Notes: generated by a model not told the origin, from the letters alone. A stretch of DNA of 64,000 bases from Bdellovibrionales bacterium (GCA_965261545.1 CBDHDF010000002.1:448001-512000), one strand, 5' to 3'. Positions 20,194 to 32,484 are shown, counted from the first letter of the stretch. Numbers and translations are program-made.

Positions 20194-23100
20194 TATAGTG
20201 GACCCCAAAAACAGACTGGTTGCTAAGTTACACCGCAGCGGGTAAAAAGCCCCTCATAGGAGGGGATAATGAGAAAGAAACACAGCGCACAATTTAAGGC
20301 CAGAGTCGCACTTGACGCCATTCGTGAGACTGACACAATGGCAGAGTTGGCCTCCAAGCATGGAGTTCACCGCATCCAAATCCAAGATTGGAAGAAGCAA
20401 GCTACCTGAAATCCCTAAAAGTTGTAACTAGGTTTAATGTATTGCGTTAACTTTCCTCTCTTCCTATGGAATTGGCTGCTGTCAACGGTTTGAGAGGTTT
20501 AATAGTATTAATATATTTAATATGATTCATAAGAATTTGCTGCGAAAGGTCCTCTTCGTCCCCATTGGATAGATGAGGCATAGTGGTAGCCACAGCCACC
20601 GTCACATTTGAAACAGATAAAAAACATCATTTTGTCTTGGGAAGCCCATCTATTTGGAAGGCTGAAAAAATATCCTTTTGTTTTTTAGACAGCTCTCCAA
20701 GCATCAGATCACCTGTAGCTAATTCATAAAATTTTAATCGGTCCATCATTTTGTAAATTTCTATTTTAGACATTTTTTTATATAACTTCTTATCTTTCAT
20801 AACAGTATCAATATGTGAAATTAAAATTAAAGAGAGAAAATTAATAAAGATGCTTCCCCTCATATTCATGAGAGAATGAACTCGACTTCTCCTTCCATTA
20901 ATATCATGCTTGAATGAGAAAAATACTTTCTCAATGATATCTTTGTTTCGATATAAACTCAATATATTTGTTTTCTTTAAATCATGACTATTTGTAATTA
21001 ATATCATAATACCCAGCGTAGAAGATTCTTCATTAATATTTTCTTCATTTAAAGAAATCTTAAATGGAGTGCAATCAGAGATATTGAGAAACCTTTTTTT
21101 ATTTCCTAAAGTTTCTTTCATATAGGAACTAGCTTGTTCTTCTGATTTCAAATCTTTCTCAAGAAAGAGTTTCATAAAATCAAGCAACTCTTTCATTAAC
21201 ACAGATTCCTCATAAACCCTTCTTTCTTTGTCTAAGAAAATATGAGCCGTACAATCAAATCCTCCGATTTTTATTGATTCTTTGCAATGCGAATAAATTT
21301 CCTCATTAAAAGTAAAAGATCATGATGGAGATTTTATTTTCTCATTTAAAGCCACAGCAAGCTCTCTTGAGAGTTTTGTTCTAAAACTCATGGGTATCAA
21401 ATACTTCAATTCCTTACGATGCAGTCCCTTAATATTTTCTACACTAGAAAAACCCTTATCCATAACTAAACAATCTAAATCTAATTTATAACTTGTTATG
21501 ATCTCAATAATATTCGATAAAGTTTTGACATCCGGTATACTTCCAGGATAGATTCTGTACGCTATAGGCGTATGAGTTTTATTGTCTTCAGATTTCCTAC
21601 TTATCAGACCTAAGTTTATTTGTTCGAGATTCTCTCCATCTCTGTTGTAACCTTTCTCTAAAAATTCATTATTCATAGAGTAGGAAGAAAAGGATGTGAT
21701 GTCAAACATTACCGTACCAGAACCCTTCACTTGATTTATCCATTCGCTAAAGAAAGATTCTATCTTTTTTTGATCTCTCCCAAGATCACATAAGAGATTG
21801 CTTATTTTTTGTGACGACATAAAATTTTTCTTTGAAACATAAGCTTCTTGACACCACATATCGTAAAGATAAAAGGGCTCTCTTTTGATTATTTTAAAAA
21901 AAGCTAAATGCAAATAATGTTCGTAATTATCTGGATAAATTTTAGACAATGTTTTTAGAAGATTTAGTTGTTCGCATATTTTCTCTAAGAAAAATAAGGC
22001 TCCCACATTATAGGAGCCTATGGGAATCTTTTTTCTTTTGGTCTTAATTTGACCTGTAAACTCATCCTTTCTTCCAAGGTAGATGCGTTTTTGCCTGGCC
22101 TGCTTTTTTTCCTTGTCCCAAAAGCTTTCAACTTTATAGACATAGGTTTTTCCCTTATTTTTTTGCTCAAAAGTGTATGACATCGTTAATATTGTAACTA
22201 TGCTTTTGAAGAGATGACAATCTCTTAATCAAAGTGAAGGCCTTCTCAGACAATAATCAGGACTTAAGTCCTACACCTAGTTACAACTTTTAGGGATTTC
22301 AGGAAGCTATTGAAGCCATTCCTAAGGCCTTAGCGAGCAAAAAAAAGGACAACAACGAGGTAGAAGAACAAAGAAAAACCATTGATGAATTGTATCGGCA
22401 AATAGGGCAGTTAAAGGTTGAAAATGATTGGTTAAAAAAAATCTGAGAGCTTCAATGCCTGAGAAAAAAGCCGCTATCAATTGGAAACATCCAAATATTT
22501 GTGTCACTCGCCAATGTGAGTTGCTAGGACTCTCTAAGGGAGCCTTGTACTACAAGCCCATACCTGAGAGTGCCTACATAAAACTGATGAGTTTAATTGA
22601 CAAACAGTACTTGGAGACCCCTTTTTATGGGAGCCGTAAAATGGCAGCTCACTTAAGACTTAATGGCCATGGGGTCAACCGCAAGAGGATTCAGCGGCTC
22701 ATGGAAAAGATGTGTCTTTTCGCTATCTTCCCAGGTCCAAACACCAGTCAGCGAAACCATCAGCATAAGGTTTATCCCTACCTACTTAAGGGGCTTAATA
22801 TCTGCTCCCCCAACCAAGTGTGGGCTACTGATATTACTTTTATAAGGTTGTCTGGTGGCTTTGCTTACTTGGTAGCTGTGATAGATTGGTTTAGCCGATT
22901 TGTTCTGTCTTGGAGACTTTCTAATAGCCTTGAGACAACTTTTTGTTTAGAAGTCTTTGAGGAAGCCATAGAAACATTTGGTTGCCCTGATATCGTCAAT
23001 ACTGATCAAGGGTGCCAATTCACTTCTGAGGTTTTCACAAAATTATTGAAAAATCATGGAATCTCGATCAGTATGGACGGCAAAGGCAGGTGTTTAGACA

Positions 23101-23373
23101 ACATCATGATCGAGCGGCTTTGGCGGTCTGTTAAGTACGAAGAGGTTTACTTGAAAGGCTATCAAGACAAATCAATGGTTCAAGCCAACAAAGGTTTTAA
23201 AACGTATTTTAATTTTTATAATAATAAAAGGCCACACCAGTCTCTTCAGGATTGCACCCCTTATCAGGTGCATATGGGAGAGGTGGATTTAACACATTAA
23301 CACGGGGCTTCTTTGTGCGCTGTGGTGTAGCTTAAAAATCAAGTTTTTCAGTCTGACATTGGGGTCCACCTCA
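20194..23373 (+). mobile_element. IS3-family element; orfA (from 20269) interrupted by IS1634, orfB 22428-23300
   Basis: IRs TATAGTGGACCCC / GGGGTCCACCTCA; A8 slippery site at 22434; WATDITF, NTDQG.QF, DNIMIER. Confidence 0.92.
20405..22303 (-). mobile_element. IS1634-family element, second copy, with a nonsense codon at 21320
   Basis: Same IRs; TSD AAGCTA; TGC>TGA relative to the copy at 13727. Confidence 0.92.
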
Positions 23374-23418
23374 AGCCTTTGGTCCTGAAACCTAGTCATA
23401 ACTGAAGGGGATTTCAGG
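23374..23418 (+). mobile_element. Isolated right end of the IS1634 element seen at 35226-37171
   Basis: Identical to 37127-37171. Confidence 0.75.
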
Positions 23419-23638
23419 TTCTTACGATCTGTGAACTCTTTTTGTTGCAACTTGTGATGCTTTAAAAATCTAACACAAGTTTTTCAAAGAAAAATTTCAA
23501 ATTTTAATGTGGAATGAGGAGAATGGCCTAGGTTAAATGTTTTTGCTTGACGTTGTATGGAGGATTGTTGAATGCTTGTGATTGGTTCGTTGAGAGCTAA
23601 CCAAATACCCATCAGGTACCCATTAGGAGTGAAAAACT

Positions 23639-26600
23639 GTGCAAAATTTAGATTTTAATTCATATCTCCATTCCACTCAATCCGTGTTCAAGAGTTTCAC
23701 AAGTTGTTTACGAGCCTTCTTTCAGTTGTTGAAGGGACCTTTCAAAGAAAGGAAAGTCGTAGCACTTTGTGTCATCGTGTTGAGTTCGGTTTTATTTATG
23801 ACGGCATGTTCTTCTTGGTTCAAAGCATGGGAGAATCGTATTAGCCGCAACAGCAGTAGCCAGCTTGGTGCCAAGGATTTTGAATCCAAAAATATTCCTG
23901 GGGGCATCGAAGATCCAAATATTAAAGGGAACACTGGCAAGGTGGGGATGAGTTTAATGCTCGGTCAACTGGGTGATGGAAGCGGTCCCGGATTTTCCCT
24001 AAAGGCGACTTATTCGAGCAATGTCCAAAATTCAGTAAAGATCTGGAATCGTGACTATCAAACGCCAAATCTCGGATTGGGTTGGGAGCTTCCCGAGGGG
24101 AGAATTATTCGACATACCAATGATACGGGGAATGAGGATGACGATCATTTTTATTTAACGCTTCCCAGTGGTGGAGGTGTGATTGAGCTCATTTATGACA
24201 GTGTGGATTCAGCTGATCCTAATATAATTCATTATCGACCAAAGGGTTCCTATGCGCCGAGCATGCTGGCCAGGCTTTATAAATTTAATGATGTGCCCAA
24301 TAAGAAATACAGTACATGGATCATCACCATGGGGACGGGCCAGCGCTACTTTTATGGCGGGAATATTGGCATTGAGTCAGGTTCTCAAAAAAGCCCAGAG
24401 TACACTGAGATTTGCGATCACATCACAAACAATGTGGAAGGAAATAAGTTGCCTCCAGCTGTGGCTGACTGCATGAGTGGTTCCGTGGAGTTGGGGATTC
24501 GTTGGGGGAACTGGATCGGTCCAAGTTACGAGGACACCTCGCAGGAGCAATTTGAGGTGGGCTGGTGGGTCTCTGCCATACAAGATACCTTGGGCCGCCA
24601 AACGATCTTTTCCTATATTCAAGATATACAAAATGTAGGGGACAGCACATCCGCCAAGAGCTTTACCCAGCAGACCTATCTCTATCGCATTCAACAGCCC
24701 AGTGGAGAAAAATTAGTTCTACGCTATTGCCCCCGAGCTGAAGGAACTGATGTCAGTAAAACGAAAGGCCAAGATCAAGGGATCAAAAAGGTGAGTCGTA
24801 TTGGGAAGAAAGGTGATGGAGATAAGGGCCACCAGAGCACGAAAGGCCAAGACAACCCCGGTAAGGAGATCCAAAAGCTTAGCCGTAGTGGAGCAGGCGA
24901 CAGCACCATTTGTATAGTACCCGGAAAAATATACCAGGAGTTTGTTGACCCTTGGCAAATTAACGCAGAACCCGATGGCTACCAAGAGCGCTACAGTAGT
25001 CTCTATGTGGGTGCTGTGGACCATCAATCAGATTCTTCTATAACAGATTTAAGTCAGCCCACGCTGCGTACCTTACTTCAAAGTGATTTTTTAACCACCG
25101 ATGGAACGGCTGAGCTGGCCAAGCGTATCCTTGTGGGAGTTGTGAGGCAGACCTACGACTCAGATTTACATCAAGTTGTCGATGTTGCGCCGCCCACCAA
25201 CTATGTCTACTGGGGGCAGAGTTCAACGGATGGTGTGTCTGTTCAAGTGGATGATTCATCAAATATCTTTAACGAGCAGACGCAGGGCCTCTACGGGAGC
25301 ATAAAATTAGTGACATCCCCCAGTGGAGCGACGAAAAAATATCGGTACAAGCAGATGGAACTGGATATTACCCGCCAATTGATGGTCAATGATTTTGTGA
25401 ACTACGATCAAAAGTGGCCTTTATTTGGAGGCAACCATGTGGTCATTGCGGGAACAAGCAATGATGCAACCTTGATTAAGGTTTATAATTGGACTCTACA
25501 GGGTTGGAAGGGGTTTACCGTGTATCAAGGGGGGCCCCCCGGCCCTGCGGGCTATAACCCCTTTCGTTACATCGCCTTGCAAGACAATTATATCGCTTTT
25601 CTCCATTCCGATTTAGGCACTGTCTCTGTGGCTCATTATAATTATGCCTCGCAATCTTGGGAAGATGCCATCACATTGGGGTCATTTTCTCCCTATTCTG
25701 GCAATTCGATAGAAGGAGGAGAGGACTTTCTTGGTATTGTTAGTATTGATTCCCGCGGCCCTATATCTGGTCAGCAAAATGTAGTGAAGTATAATTTATT
25801 TGAAACACCCGACCAAGGCCAAACCTGGTCTCAGGTCCTTTCAGGAAATGTCGTAGATACTTCGACTCCAATATATTCTTCTTTCTGGAGAACATCTGGA
25901 ATCGGTGTGGGTCGCAATTATGTCACTGTTGGTGCTACCCAAGCTGATCATGACACTAGAGAGGGGCCTTATACTCAACCCAATTACGACTTAGACTTGG
26001 TGCTTTTGTATAGAAGTTTGGAGGGAAAGTGGCATAATTCGGGAGTACAAACATTTAAAGTCCCGAACCTTACGGGAAGGGTCTCTGGTAAATCATGGAT
26101 AACACCACCATCAGATGAACCGCAGCCATGGGCTTCTCCTTCAGCGGGTTTGTCAGGTGGCTTCATTAAGTCAGATCCAAGGGTGCAATTTTTAGATTTT
26201 TCTCCATCTAGCTCTATATTAGGTGTTGGAATTAATAATCTCACCTCTCAATGGGGTCGCTTAGATAAACAGGCTAATTTTAGTCAATCTGCTTTTCTTA
26301 TGTCTCCCTTTGCTGTCGACCCCGTTGCAAAGCAACTAACTTATTTGAATAATATAAGTTATTATCAAAACCCCAGCGCCTATCCAGGGTTTGTGGAGTA
26401 TTCTGGCAAGGAGAATATTCTGGCGTATTTTTCATCAGGGAGGAGGCAAACGTCAGCGTATGGTATGAATGTTAGTGCAGGAACAAGTTTCAATGCCAAT
26501 TCTATGGCTACAGCAATGGTTGGCTTTACTCCACAGGCTTTTCAAATGAGATACGCTAGCGGTGATCCGATGGGAGAAAAAATATCAATGTTGGTTGCCA

Positions 26601-29600
26601 ACTGCTCCTTTGCTTTATTTGATGGCAAGTCCTACAATTCCACACAAATTTTTGAAGCCAATCCAGACCAGGACTCGTCTGGTCTGACTCTTAGAGGGTA
26701 CCCACCACTTTTAGTTGGTCAACCACCAATTTATCTAACACCATCTATAAAAAATGAAGCTTTTGGCATAGATTCTTCATCACCTAGTGATCTAACTCCA
26801 AAGGCTCCCTGTGGGCAACCAATGACCCAGGTTCTTCCTGGAGGGGTGATTGCTTACAGTGATGCTGCAGGGGTTAGCCAATATGTGATTGGGGATCCTA
26901 AGACCAAGAGTTATCGTATCATTGATGTCAGCGGTGTGAATCGAGTACCAACTCGTCCCTCTGTCCTCAATACTTTAGCGAAAGTTCGTCAAGAAAAGCT
27001 GAAAGCAGAGAGAACTCAAAAGATACTTCAGGGAGTGGGCATGGGGGTGGCCGTCATTGGAGCGCTCTTCGCTTTGGCCGACCCAGTGTCTTTCGTCATG
27101 TTTCTAGCTTTTACTGGAGTCTCTGTGGGATTGGAGATTGGTGAAAAGGAGGCTGCGGCCCATTATACGCACGCTATAAATCGTATCTTAAGCAAGCTTG
27201 CTGGAGCAGCCCCCGGTCAAAGGAATGCCAATGGAACGTATATTCAAGACGGCGACGTTTTACTTTTTCAACAACCCAATGGCTCTTTGAATCTCGTAGA
27301 GTCAGAAATCGATACAAATAATCTCTACAACGTCAACTTTAGTGCGAATCGAGGTTTTGTTGTTTATACCACTCTAGGTTCCAGTGGACCTTCGAGCATT
27401 GGGAGTACAAAGGTGGCCGTTTTGCGAAATGGCATTCTTTATAAAAACCCAGAAAACTTGAGTGAGGAATTGAAAGTTTCTACTCTTATCCATCAAGGGC
27501 AATTTAATGATAGTTTTTATTCCTTATCCAGTGCTGCCAACTTTGTCACCTATAATGGAAGCAAAAATGGATCTTGGAGTTGTCCCACCTTGGCCTTCGG
27601 TGTGTATCATGGTGGTGAGGGGGAAGGCGATGGTGCTTGCTTTACAGATTCTGACGGGGCCTTTTTTATTCACCACTTTTTGGGGGAGAAATCCACTGGA
27701 AATATCACAGATTTTGTGGTGGATACAGTCACCGTGGATGATGGAGTCCAGTCTTATTCCACGATTTATGAATACGCCAATGGCAACTACGATGACACAT
27801 CCACCACGGGAATTTACGAGACAGTTTCCATATATCCAGGTCAAACAACGGCGACGGGGGGAAAAACTTACAAAGAGTTTATCAATGGTCGAAATTCAAG
27901 TGATCTTACAGTTTCTGTATGCAACTACCAGTTGGAAGATCAACAGCAAGGAGGCAAACAAGCGGGAGCAAAAGCACCATCACCTGAAAATTGCTCGGAT
28001 CAGCCTGTGAATTCATTTTTTAATGTGCTCCGTGGTTACCTCTACAGTACAAAAACAATAGCAGCAGATTCTACGGTTGTTGACGAGCGCATCACAGATT
28101 TTCGTATTCTCAAAATTTTAGACAGCAATGGAAAATTCCAGTCCTACAAACCCCTTCCCATCTCTAAAACTCACTCTCGTGATGGTGTTTCTCAAACGAT
28201 TCAATTTGGCTACGATCCATATTTTCAAAAAAATAAAACAACATTTAGTACAAAAAATTATTTGGGCAATTCATCCATGATTGATGAGCAAGTCATAACC
28301 ACAAAGCGTTTTGCTTACGAAGATTATCCCGAGATGTTAACGCAAAATATCTTTCATCCTCTATCAGAAAAAAAAATGATTCGGCAATATGGTACAGTGG
28401 CTCAACCCAAGACTTCTCGAAGCACTAAAATAACCTACAAAAATTGGCAAAGTGCTAAAGAAGGCCGAGCGTGGTTATCTGAGTCCGTACAAGTGCTAAG
28501 TCAGTTTCCAGAAGATTCCCAGGGCACCTTTGTGACAATGAGCACATTGGAGCGTGATACTTCGAGTGGTCACGCCACCAAGTCAACAAATTCGGATGGT
28601 ATGGTGGCAACCCAAAAGCTATCCGTGGATGGCCGCCATATTCCCTACGCCAATTATGTGAATGGAGACTTTTACGCAGGACAGGCCGATTATTACGGGT
28701 TCGAATTTTTTGAGCCCCCCTTGGCAAATAGTTCTTGGAAAGTTTCAGGAGGAGATTTATCCCAAAACATAGCTTATACGGGGAGTGTCTCCTATGGAAG
28801 TGATACAGCCCAAGTGACTCTCACACCTAGTCAGTTTACTCCGAAGCAGGGAACTTATTCTGTGGTTTCCGCATGGGTTTTTCCTAAGAATGACAAGTCC
28901 TGTACGATTCAATTGGGAAGTGGAAAGAGCACAAGCTCATCTGAGGCCCGTTGGCAATATATTGAAGTCACCAGTAACAGCAACACAGCTCCGACGATCT
29001 CTTGTTATGGTTATGTGGATGATATGAGATTTGGCCCTGTCGATGGTGTTTTCTCGGCCCATGTCTATGATCGATCCATGAAAATTCTTGCAAAACATGG
29101 CAATAATGGTGAGGCCGCCCATAATGTCTATGACTTTCGTCAGCTCAAGGTGGCAACATATCGCACTACGGATCATAGCACGGGCGAGATCAGTCTACAA
29201 ATTGATTTGGCAGGGTACTCCCGGTGGAGTGGAAGCAATAGCAACGAAATTTCAGATAATTTTGCATCCTTACCATTTGATCTGAGTTTGCCAAATTCGC
29301 TGTCATCCATTCGAGTGCTAAGTCCATCTGGAAATCAATTCATTTCCTTGGAAAGTTCAGGGGAAACCCTCCCCGTCATAAATGTCGGGCCCTCTTTTGT
29401 GATCCATGCCGAATTTGTATCATCGGATTCTCCCCTAGAGATGACCATTGGAGGAACGAAGCTTCAACTTAGATACGATTCAGTAACACGTATCTTCTAT
29501 TTGAATCAATTTACTTCCAAGGCGTTGACTGCAGATGCTGCAGTTCCCGGGCTTATTACATTATTTGTGAATAAAAACATGGGACTTTTGTTCGGGGACG

Positions 29601-32479
29601 GAAAACTACTGATTAGCACTCGTGAACTGTCTCCTCTCACTGATGAGCAGAACCCATTGAAGATACTCGATGGGATTGCCCGTTTTATTATGGTGGGCCA
29701 AGATCCGGTTATTTCTCAAAGTTATCTCGATGGTCGGGGGCGTGTGATTCAGGCCCAGCGTCTTGGTCTCGATACAAACGATCAACCGATGACGACGATT
29801 GCATATGGCGTTCTTTATGATGGTTGGGGGCATCCATCGGTGCGGACACTCAATATGGAGTATGACTCTTCACCCACTGGCTTTCAAGTTGGTTTGATAA
29901 GTTCTTTTGATTGGAATGGGCCAGGTGTTATGGCCGGAGATATTATCAATTACTTTGAAAGTGGTCCAGGCAAATCGGTGGCCCAAGGTGATTATCAATA
30001 TCCCTATACCTATGCGGGGAGCAAAGCATCTCCTCTTGCTCGTCAAGATAGTCAATCTTCTCAGCCCGGAAAGGCTTTTTTGCGCACGGGCAAGCTAGAC
30101 CTCTCCTGGGAATATCAGTCAGATGATACCAAAAATTTATTTAATAAAATTGGGATTCCTTCGGCAGACTTCCAAGATTTTCACGGTCAATCCACGAAGG
30201 TTCCATTTAGTTCCTCACAGATGCAGCTAAAACAGTCGATTGCAGACACATCGGGCCGTTTGCTTGCACGAAATACGAGCACAAGTTCGGGCGATCTTTT
30301 GACCTCAAATGCTTATACTTACAATCAAAGCTTATTTACTGGGCAAAAGTTGCACCGCTCGCCCAATTTTTACAATCCTCCCAATAAGGAAATAAATTCC
30401 TTTTCCTTCCTCTCGTCATTGTCTCAAGTGGATTTATGGGGAAGTGTAAGTGTTTCAACGGAATCTGATTTAACTGGGGCCACTTATCGTATTTATGATA
30501 GGGGGATGAAGTTACGATTTGTTAGTTATGGAGCCAATTTTAAGTGTCTCAATTACTTTAAGTACGACATACGGGGTCGTAAGATAGAGAGTGGAGTGTT
30601 ACAGCCAAGTGAAGTTCACTCTATGAGGGACTATCAAACTATGGCCAATCAAATGAATTATCCTTCTTCTCAGCAGGCTTACTGGTCTATGCGCTATAGC
30701 TATGATTTGAATGCCAGTGTTGCTGCGGATCCTATGAGTGTTTCACTTAAGGGACGATTATTTCAAATAGTTAGAAATAACGATGCGATTGTCACCAATG
30801 GATCAAGTTGCCAGCAGGGTTCCACAGGACAAACCACTCAACACAGATTTCAATACGATCTTCCTGGAAGAATTGTGGTATCGAGTCTGCAAACTGTTTT
30901 AGGATCGACAAGCCAAATTCGAAACACGGGTTATACTCATAATAATGTGGGGCAAACGACAGGGGTGACCTATCCCACCAAGGATCAGAGTCAGTCATCA
31001 AACCCTTTTGATCTCTCTGGGCAACCAACGATTTACTATGGCTTGAATCCCATTGGGCAGTTATCATCCATTTGCGATCAGCAGGATTGCAGTAGGGTGA
31101 AATATGCCTCCAATTACAAATATAATATCAATGGTCTGCGTGTGGGAAATCAAATGAATAATGGCAAGTTGCAACAAACCTTCACCTATGACTTGCAAAG
31201 TCGATTGGGGCAAATAAGTACAGCGAGTACAGTGAGTGCCGCAAGTTTTGAAAGTGCTGCGAATGTCTCAAATACCAAAGGGACTGCGAATACCGTGAAT
31301 ACTGCGAGTCCTGCGAAGGCCACCACTGTAGCTGCCCGAGGGACGACAACTCCCATATTTGAAGAAAAAATCACCTACGCCACAGATGACGAAGAAAGTG
31401 GTTTTCAGGGTGGTTATGTGATTCGTACGGAGTACACGGGGACAGGGCTGGGAGACAGCGGAGCCCATGCCTATGATTATCAATACAGTTTGTTTGGACG
31501 ACTCACTCAAGCCACTCGTTTTAAGGGAGATCAATTGAATGAGAAGGATCGCACATTTTCTTATAGCTATGATTCCAACGGAAACCCATTGACAACATCC
31601 CTGGAGATAGAGGGAGGCACAAGTTCTACCGATACATTTACTTATAGGACGGGCAATCGCTTGGCCTATGTGACGGAAAATACGTCCAAACGCTATATGA
31701 ATTACAATGATCGAGGGGCCCTCGTCGCAGATATTACGGGCACTGGCGATGATAATAGTTTGTTGACCTACGTACGCAATATGAGTGAAAATCGTATTAT
31801 TAGTGCAGTGACAGATACAGAGACCATCAATTATAAATACGATGGATTCGGACGGCGTATTCAGGTCACGAATCAAAGCACGTCCATAGCACCAAAGGAT
31901 GCTCAACTTCCCATTGGTATTGACGATACATGGATGACTTCCATGGGAAAAGAACTCTCTCAAGGTGCTCCAGGTGTTCTCGGCAATGATCTAGAAGCTA
32001 GTGGAGCGACAGCAAGCCTTGTGGAATCTCCTTCTGAGGGAACTTTAACCCTCAATTCAGATGGATCTTTTAATTACAAACCCAATGGAACCTATATAGG
32101 AAGCGATAGTTTCTCCTATGTGCCTGTCGCGGGGACTCAAAAGGGGAGTCCTGCTCGAGTCGTTTTGCAAGTTCTACCGGCACCTCTTGATGATATACCA
32201 ACATTATCCTATACGACCGTTCAAGGTGTGCCCTTGAGTTTTAGTGAACCTGTTTTGAAATCGAATATTATAGGTCTAGCACCATCATTTCCTCCCACTT
32301 TTATTGCTATACCTCCCTCTGTCGGTGGAACAGTAAAAATAGCTCCAGCGGGGAGTTTTGCTTTTATACCAGACTCTAGTTTTACGGGAACGGCCTCTTT
32401 TAAATATAGGGTGAGCAGTGCCTTACAAAGTGGTGTTGGAACAGTTAATATCAAGGTCACTGTGCCCCCAAAGAAGTAG
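23639..32479 (+). CDS. Giant putative lipoprotein RHS/YD-repeat shell protein (SpvB/TcB-like N-terminus, internal hydrophobic hairpin, YD repeats, two C-terminal Ig-like domains, no RHS core)
   Basis: Lipobox-like LFMTAC; YSS...LGLGW; YLDGRGRVIQ, YDGWG, YDIRGR, YDLPGR, YDSNGN, YDGFGRR; GVLGND...GTLTLNSDGSFNYKP...DSFSY Ig-like repeats. Confidence 0.85.
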   Translation: MQNLDFNSYLHSTQSVFKSFTSCLRAFFQLLKGPFKERKVVALCVIVLSSVLFMTACSSWFKAWENRISRNSSSQLGAKDFESKNIPGGIEDPNIKGNTGKVGMSLMLGQLGDGSGPGFSLKATYSSNVQNSVKIWNRDYQTPNLGLGWELPEGRIIRHTNDTGNEDDDHFYLTLPSGGGVIELIYDSVDSADPNIIHYRPKGSYAPSMLARLYKFNDVPNKKYSTWIITMGTGQRYFYGGNIGIESGSQKSPEYTEICDHITNNVEGNKLPPAVADCMSGSVELGIRWGNWIGPSYEDTSQEQFEVGWWVSAIQDTLGRQTIFSYIQDIQNVGDSTSAKSFTQQTYLYRIQQPSGEKLVLRYCPRAEGTDVSKTKGQDQGIKKVSRIGKKGDGDKGHQSTKGQDNPGKEIQKLSRSGAGDSTICIVPGKIYQEFVDPWQINAEPDGYQERYSSLYVGAVDHQSDSSITDLSQPTLRTLLQSDFLTTDGTAELAKRILVGVVRQTYDSDLHQVVDVAPPTNYVYWGQSSTDGVSVQVDDSSNIFNEQTQGLYGSIKLVTSPSGATKKYRYKQMELDITRQLMVNDFVNYDQKWPLFGGNHVVIAGTSNDATLIKVYNWTLQGWKGFTVYQGGPPGPAGYNPFRYIALQDNYIAFLHSDLGTVSVAHYNYASQSWEDAITLGSFSPYSGNSIEGGEDFLGIVSIDSRGPISGQQNVVKYNLFETPDQGQTWSQVLSGNVVDTSTPIYSSFWRTSGIGVGRNYVTVGATQADHDTREGPYTQPNYDLDLVLLYRSLEGKWHNSGVQTFKVPNLTGRVSGKSWITPPSDEPQPWASPSAGLSGGFIKSDPRVQFLDFSPSSSILGVGINNLTSQWGRLDKQANFSQSAFLMSPFAVDPVAKQLTYLNNISYYQNPSAYPGFVEYSGKENILAYFSSGRRQTSAYGMNVSAGTSFNANSMATAMVGFTPQAFQMRYASGDPMGEKISMLVANCSFALFDGKSYNSTQIFEANPDQDSSGLTLRGYPPLLVGQPPIYLTPSIKNEAFGIDSSSPSDLTPKAPCGQPMTQVLPGGVIAYSDAAGVSQYVIGDPKTKSYRIIDVSGVNRVPTRPSVLNTLAKVRQEKLKAERTQKILQGVGMGVAVIGALFALADPVSFVMFLAFTGVSVGLEIGEKEAAAHYTHAINRILSKLAGAAPGQRNANGTYIQDGDVLLFQQPNGSLNLVESEIDTNNLYNVNFSANRGFVVYTTLGSSGPSSIGSTKVAVLRNGILYKNPENLSEELKVSTLIHQGQFNDSFYSLSSAANFVTYNGSKNGSWSCPTLAFGVYHGGEGEGDGACFTDSDGAFFIHHFLGEKSTGNITDFVVDTVTVDDGVQSYSTIYEYANGNYDDTSTTGIYETVSIYPGQTTATGGKTYKEFINGRNSSDLTVSVCNYQLEDQQQGGKQAGAKAPSPENCSDQPVNSFFNVLRGYLYSTKTIAADSTVVDERITDFRILKILDSNGKFQSYKPLPISKTHSRDGVSQTIQFGYDPYFQKNKTTFSTKNYLGNSSMIDEQVITTKRFAYEDYPEMLTQNIFHPLSEKKMIRQYGTVAQPKTSRSTKITYKNWQSAKEGRAWLSESVQVLSQFPEDSQGTFVTMSTLERDTSSGHATKSTNSDGMVATQKLSVDGRHIPYANYVNGDFYAGQADYYGFEFFEPPLANSSWKVSGGDLSQNIAYTGSVSYGSDTAQVTLTPSQFTPKQGTYSVVSAWVFPKNDKSCTIQLGSGKSTSSSEARWQYIEVTSNSNTAPTISCYGYVDDMRFGPVDGVFSAHVYDRSMKILAKHGNNGEAAHNVYDFRQLKVATYRTTDHSTGEISLQIDLAGYSRWSGSNSNEISDNFASLPFDLSLPNSLSSIRVLSPSGNQFISLESSGETLPVINVGPSFVIHAEFVSSDSPLEMTIGGTKLQLRYDSVTRIFYLNQFTSKALTADAAVPGLITLFVNKNMGLLFGDGKLLISTRELSPLTDEQNPLKILDGIARFIMVGQDPVISQSYLDGRGRVIQAQRLGLDTNDQPMTTIAYGVLYDGWGHPSVRTLNMEYDSSPTGFQVGLISSFDWNGPGVMAGDIINYFESGPGKSVAQGDYQYPYTYAGSKASPLARQDSQSSQPGKAFLRTGKLDLSWEYQSDDTKNLFNKIGIPSADFQDFHGQSTKVPFSSSQMQLKQSIADTSGRLLARNTSTSSGDLLTSNAYTYNQSLFTGQKLHRSPNFYNPPNKEINSFSFLSSLSQVDLWGSVSVSTESDLTGATYRIYDRGMKLRFVSYGANFKCLNYFKYDIRGRKIESGVLQPSEVHSMRDYQTMANQMNYPSSQQAYWSMRYSYDLNASVAADPMSVSLKGRLFQIVRNNDAIVTNGSSCQQGSTGQTTQHRFQYDLPGRIVVSSLQTVLGSTSQIRNTGYTHNNVGQTTGVTYPTKDQSQSSNPFDLSGQPTIYYGLNPIGQLSSICDQQDCSRVKYASNYKYNINGLRVGNQMNNGKLQQTFTYDLQSRLGQISTASTVSAASFESAANVSNTKGTANTVNTASPAKATTVAARGTTTPIFEEKITYATDDEESGFQGGYVIRTEYTGTGLGDSGAHAYDYQYSLFGRLTQATRFKGDQLNEKDRTFSYSYDSNGNPLTTSLEIEGGTSSTDTFTYRTGNRLAYVTENTSKRYMNYNDRGALVADITGTGDDNSLLTYVRNMSENRIISAVTDTETINYKYDGFGRRIQVTNQSTSIAPKDAQLPIGIDDTWMTSMGKELSQGAPGVLGNDLEASGATASLVESPSEGTLTLNSDGSFNYKPNGTYIGSDSFSYVPVAGTQKGSPARVVLQVLPAPLDDIPTLSYTTVQGVPLSFSEPVLKSNIIGLAPSFPPTFIAIPPSVGGTVKIAPAGSFAFIPDSSFTGTASFKYRVSSALQSGVGTVNIKVTVPPKK

Positions 32480-32484
32480 AGTTT

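Noticed and set aside
31268..31963. 231-aa minus-strand ORF and other short ORFs inside the giant gene
   Set aside because: Antisense shadows without recognisable motifs
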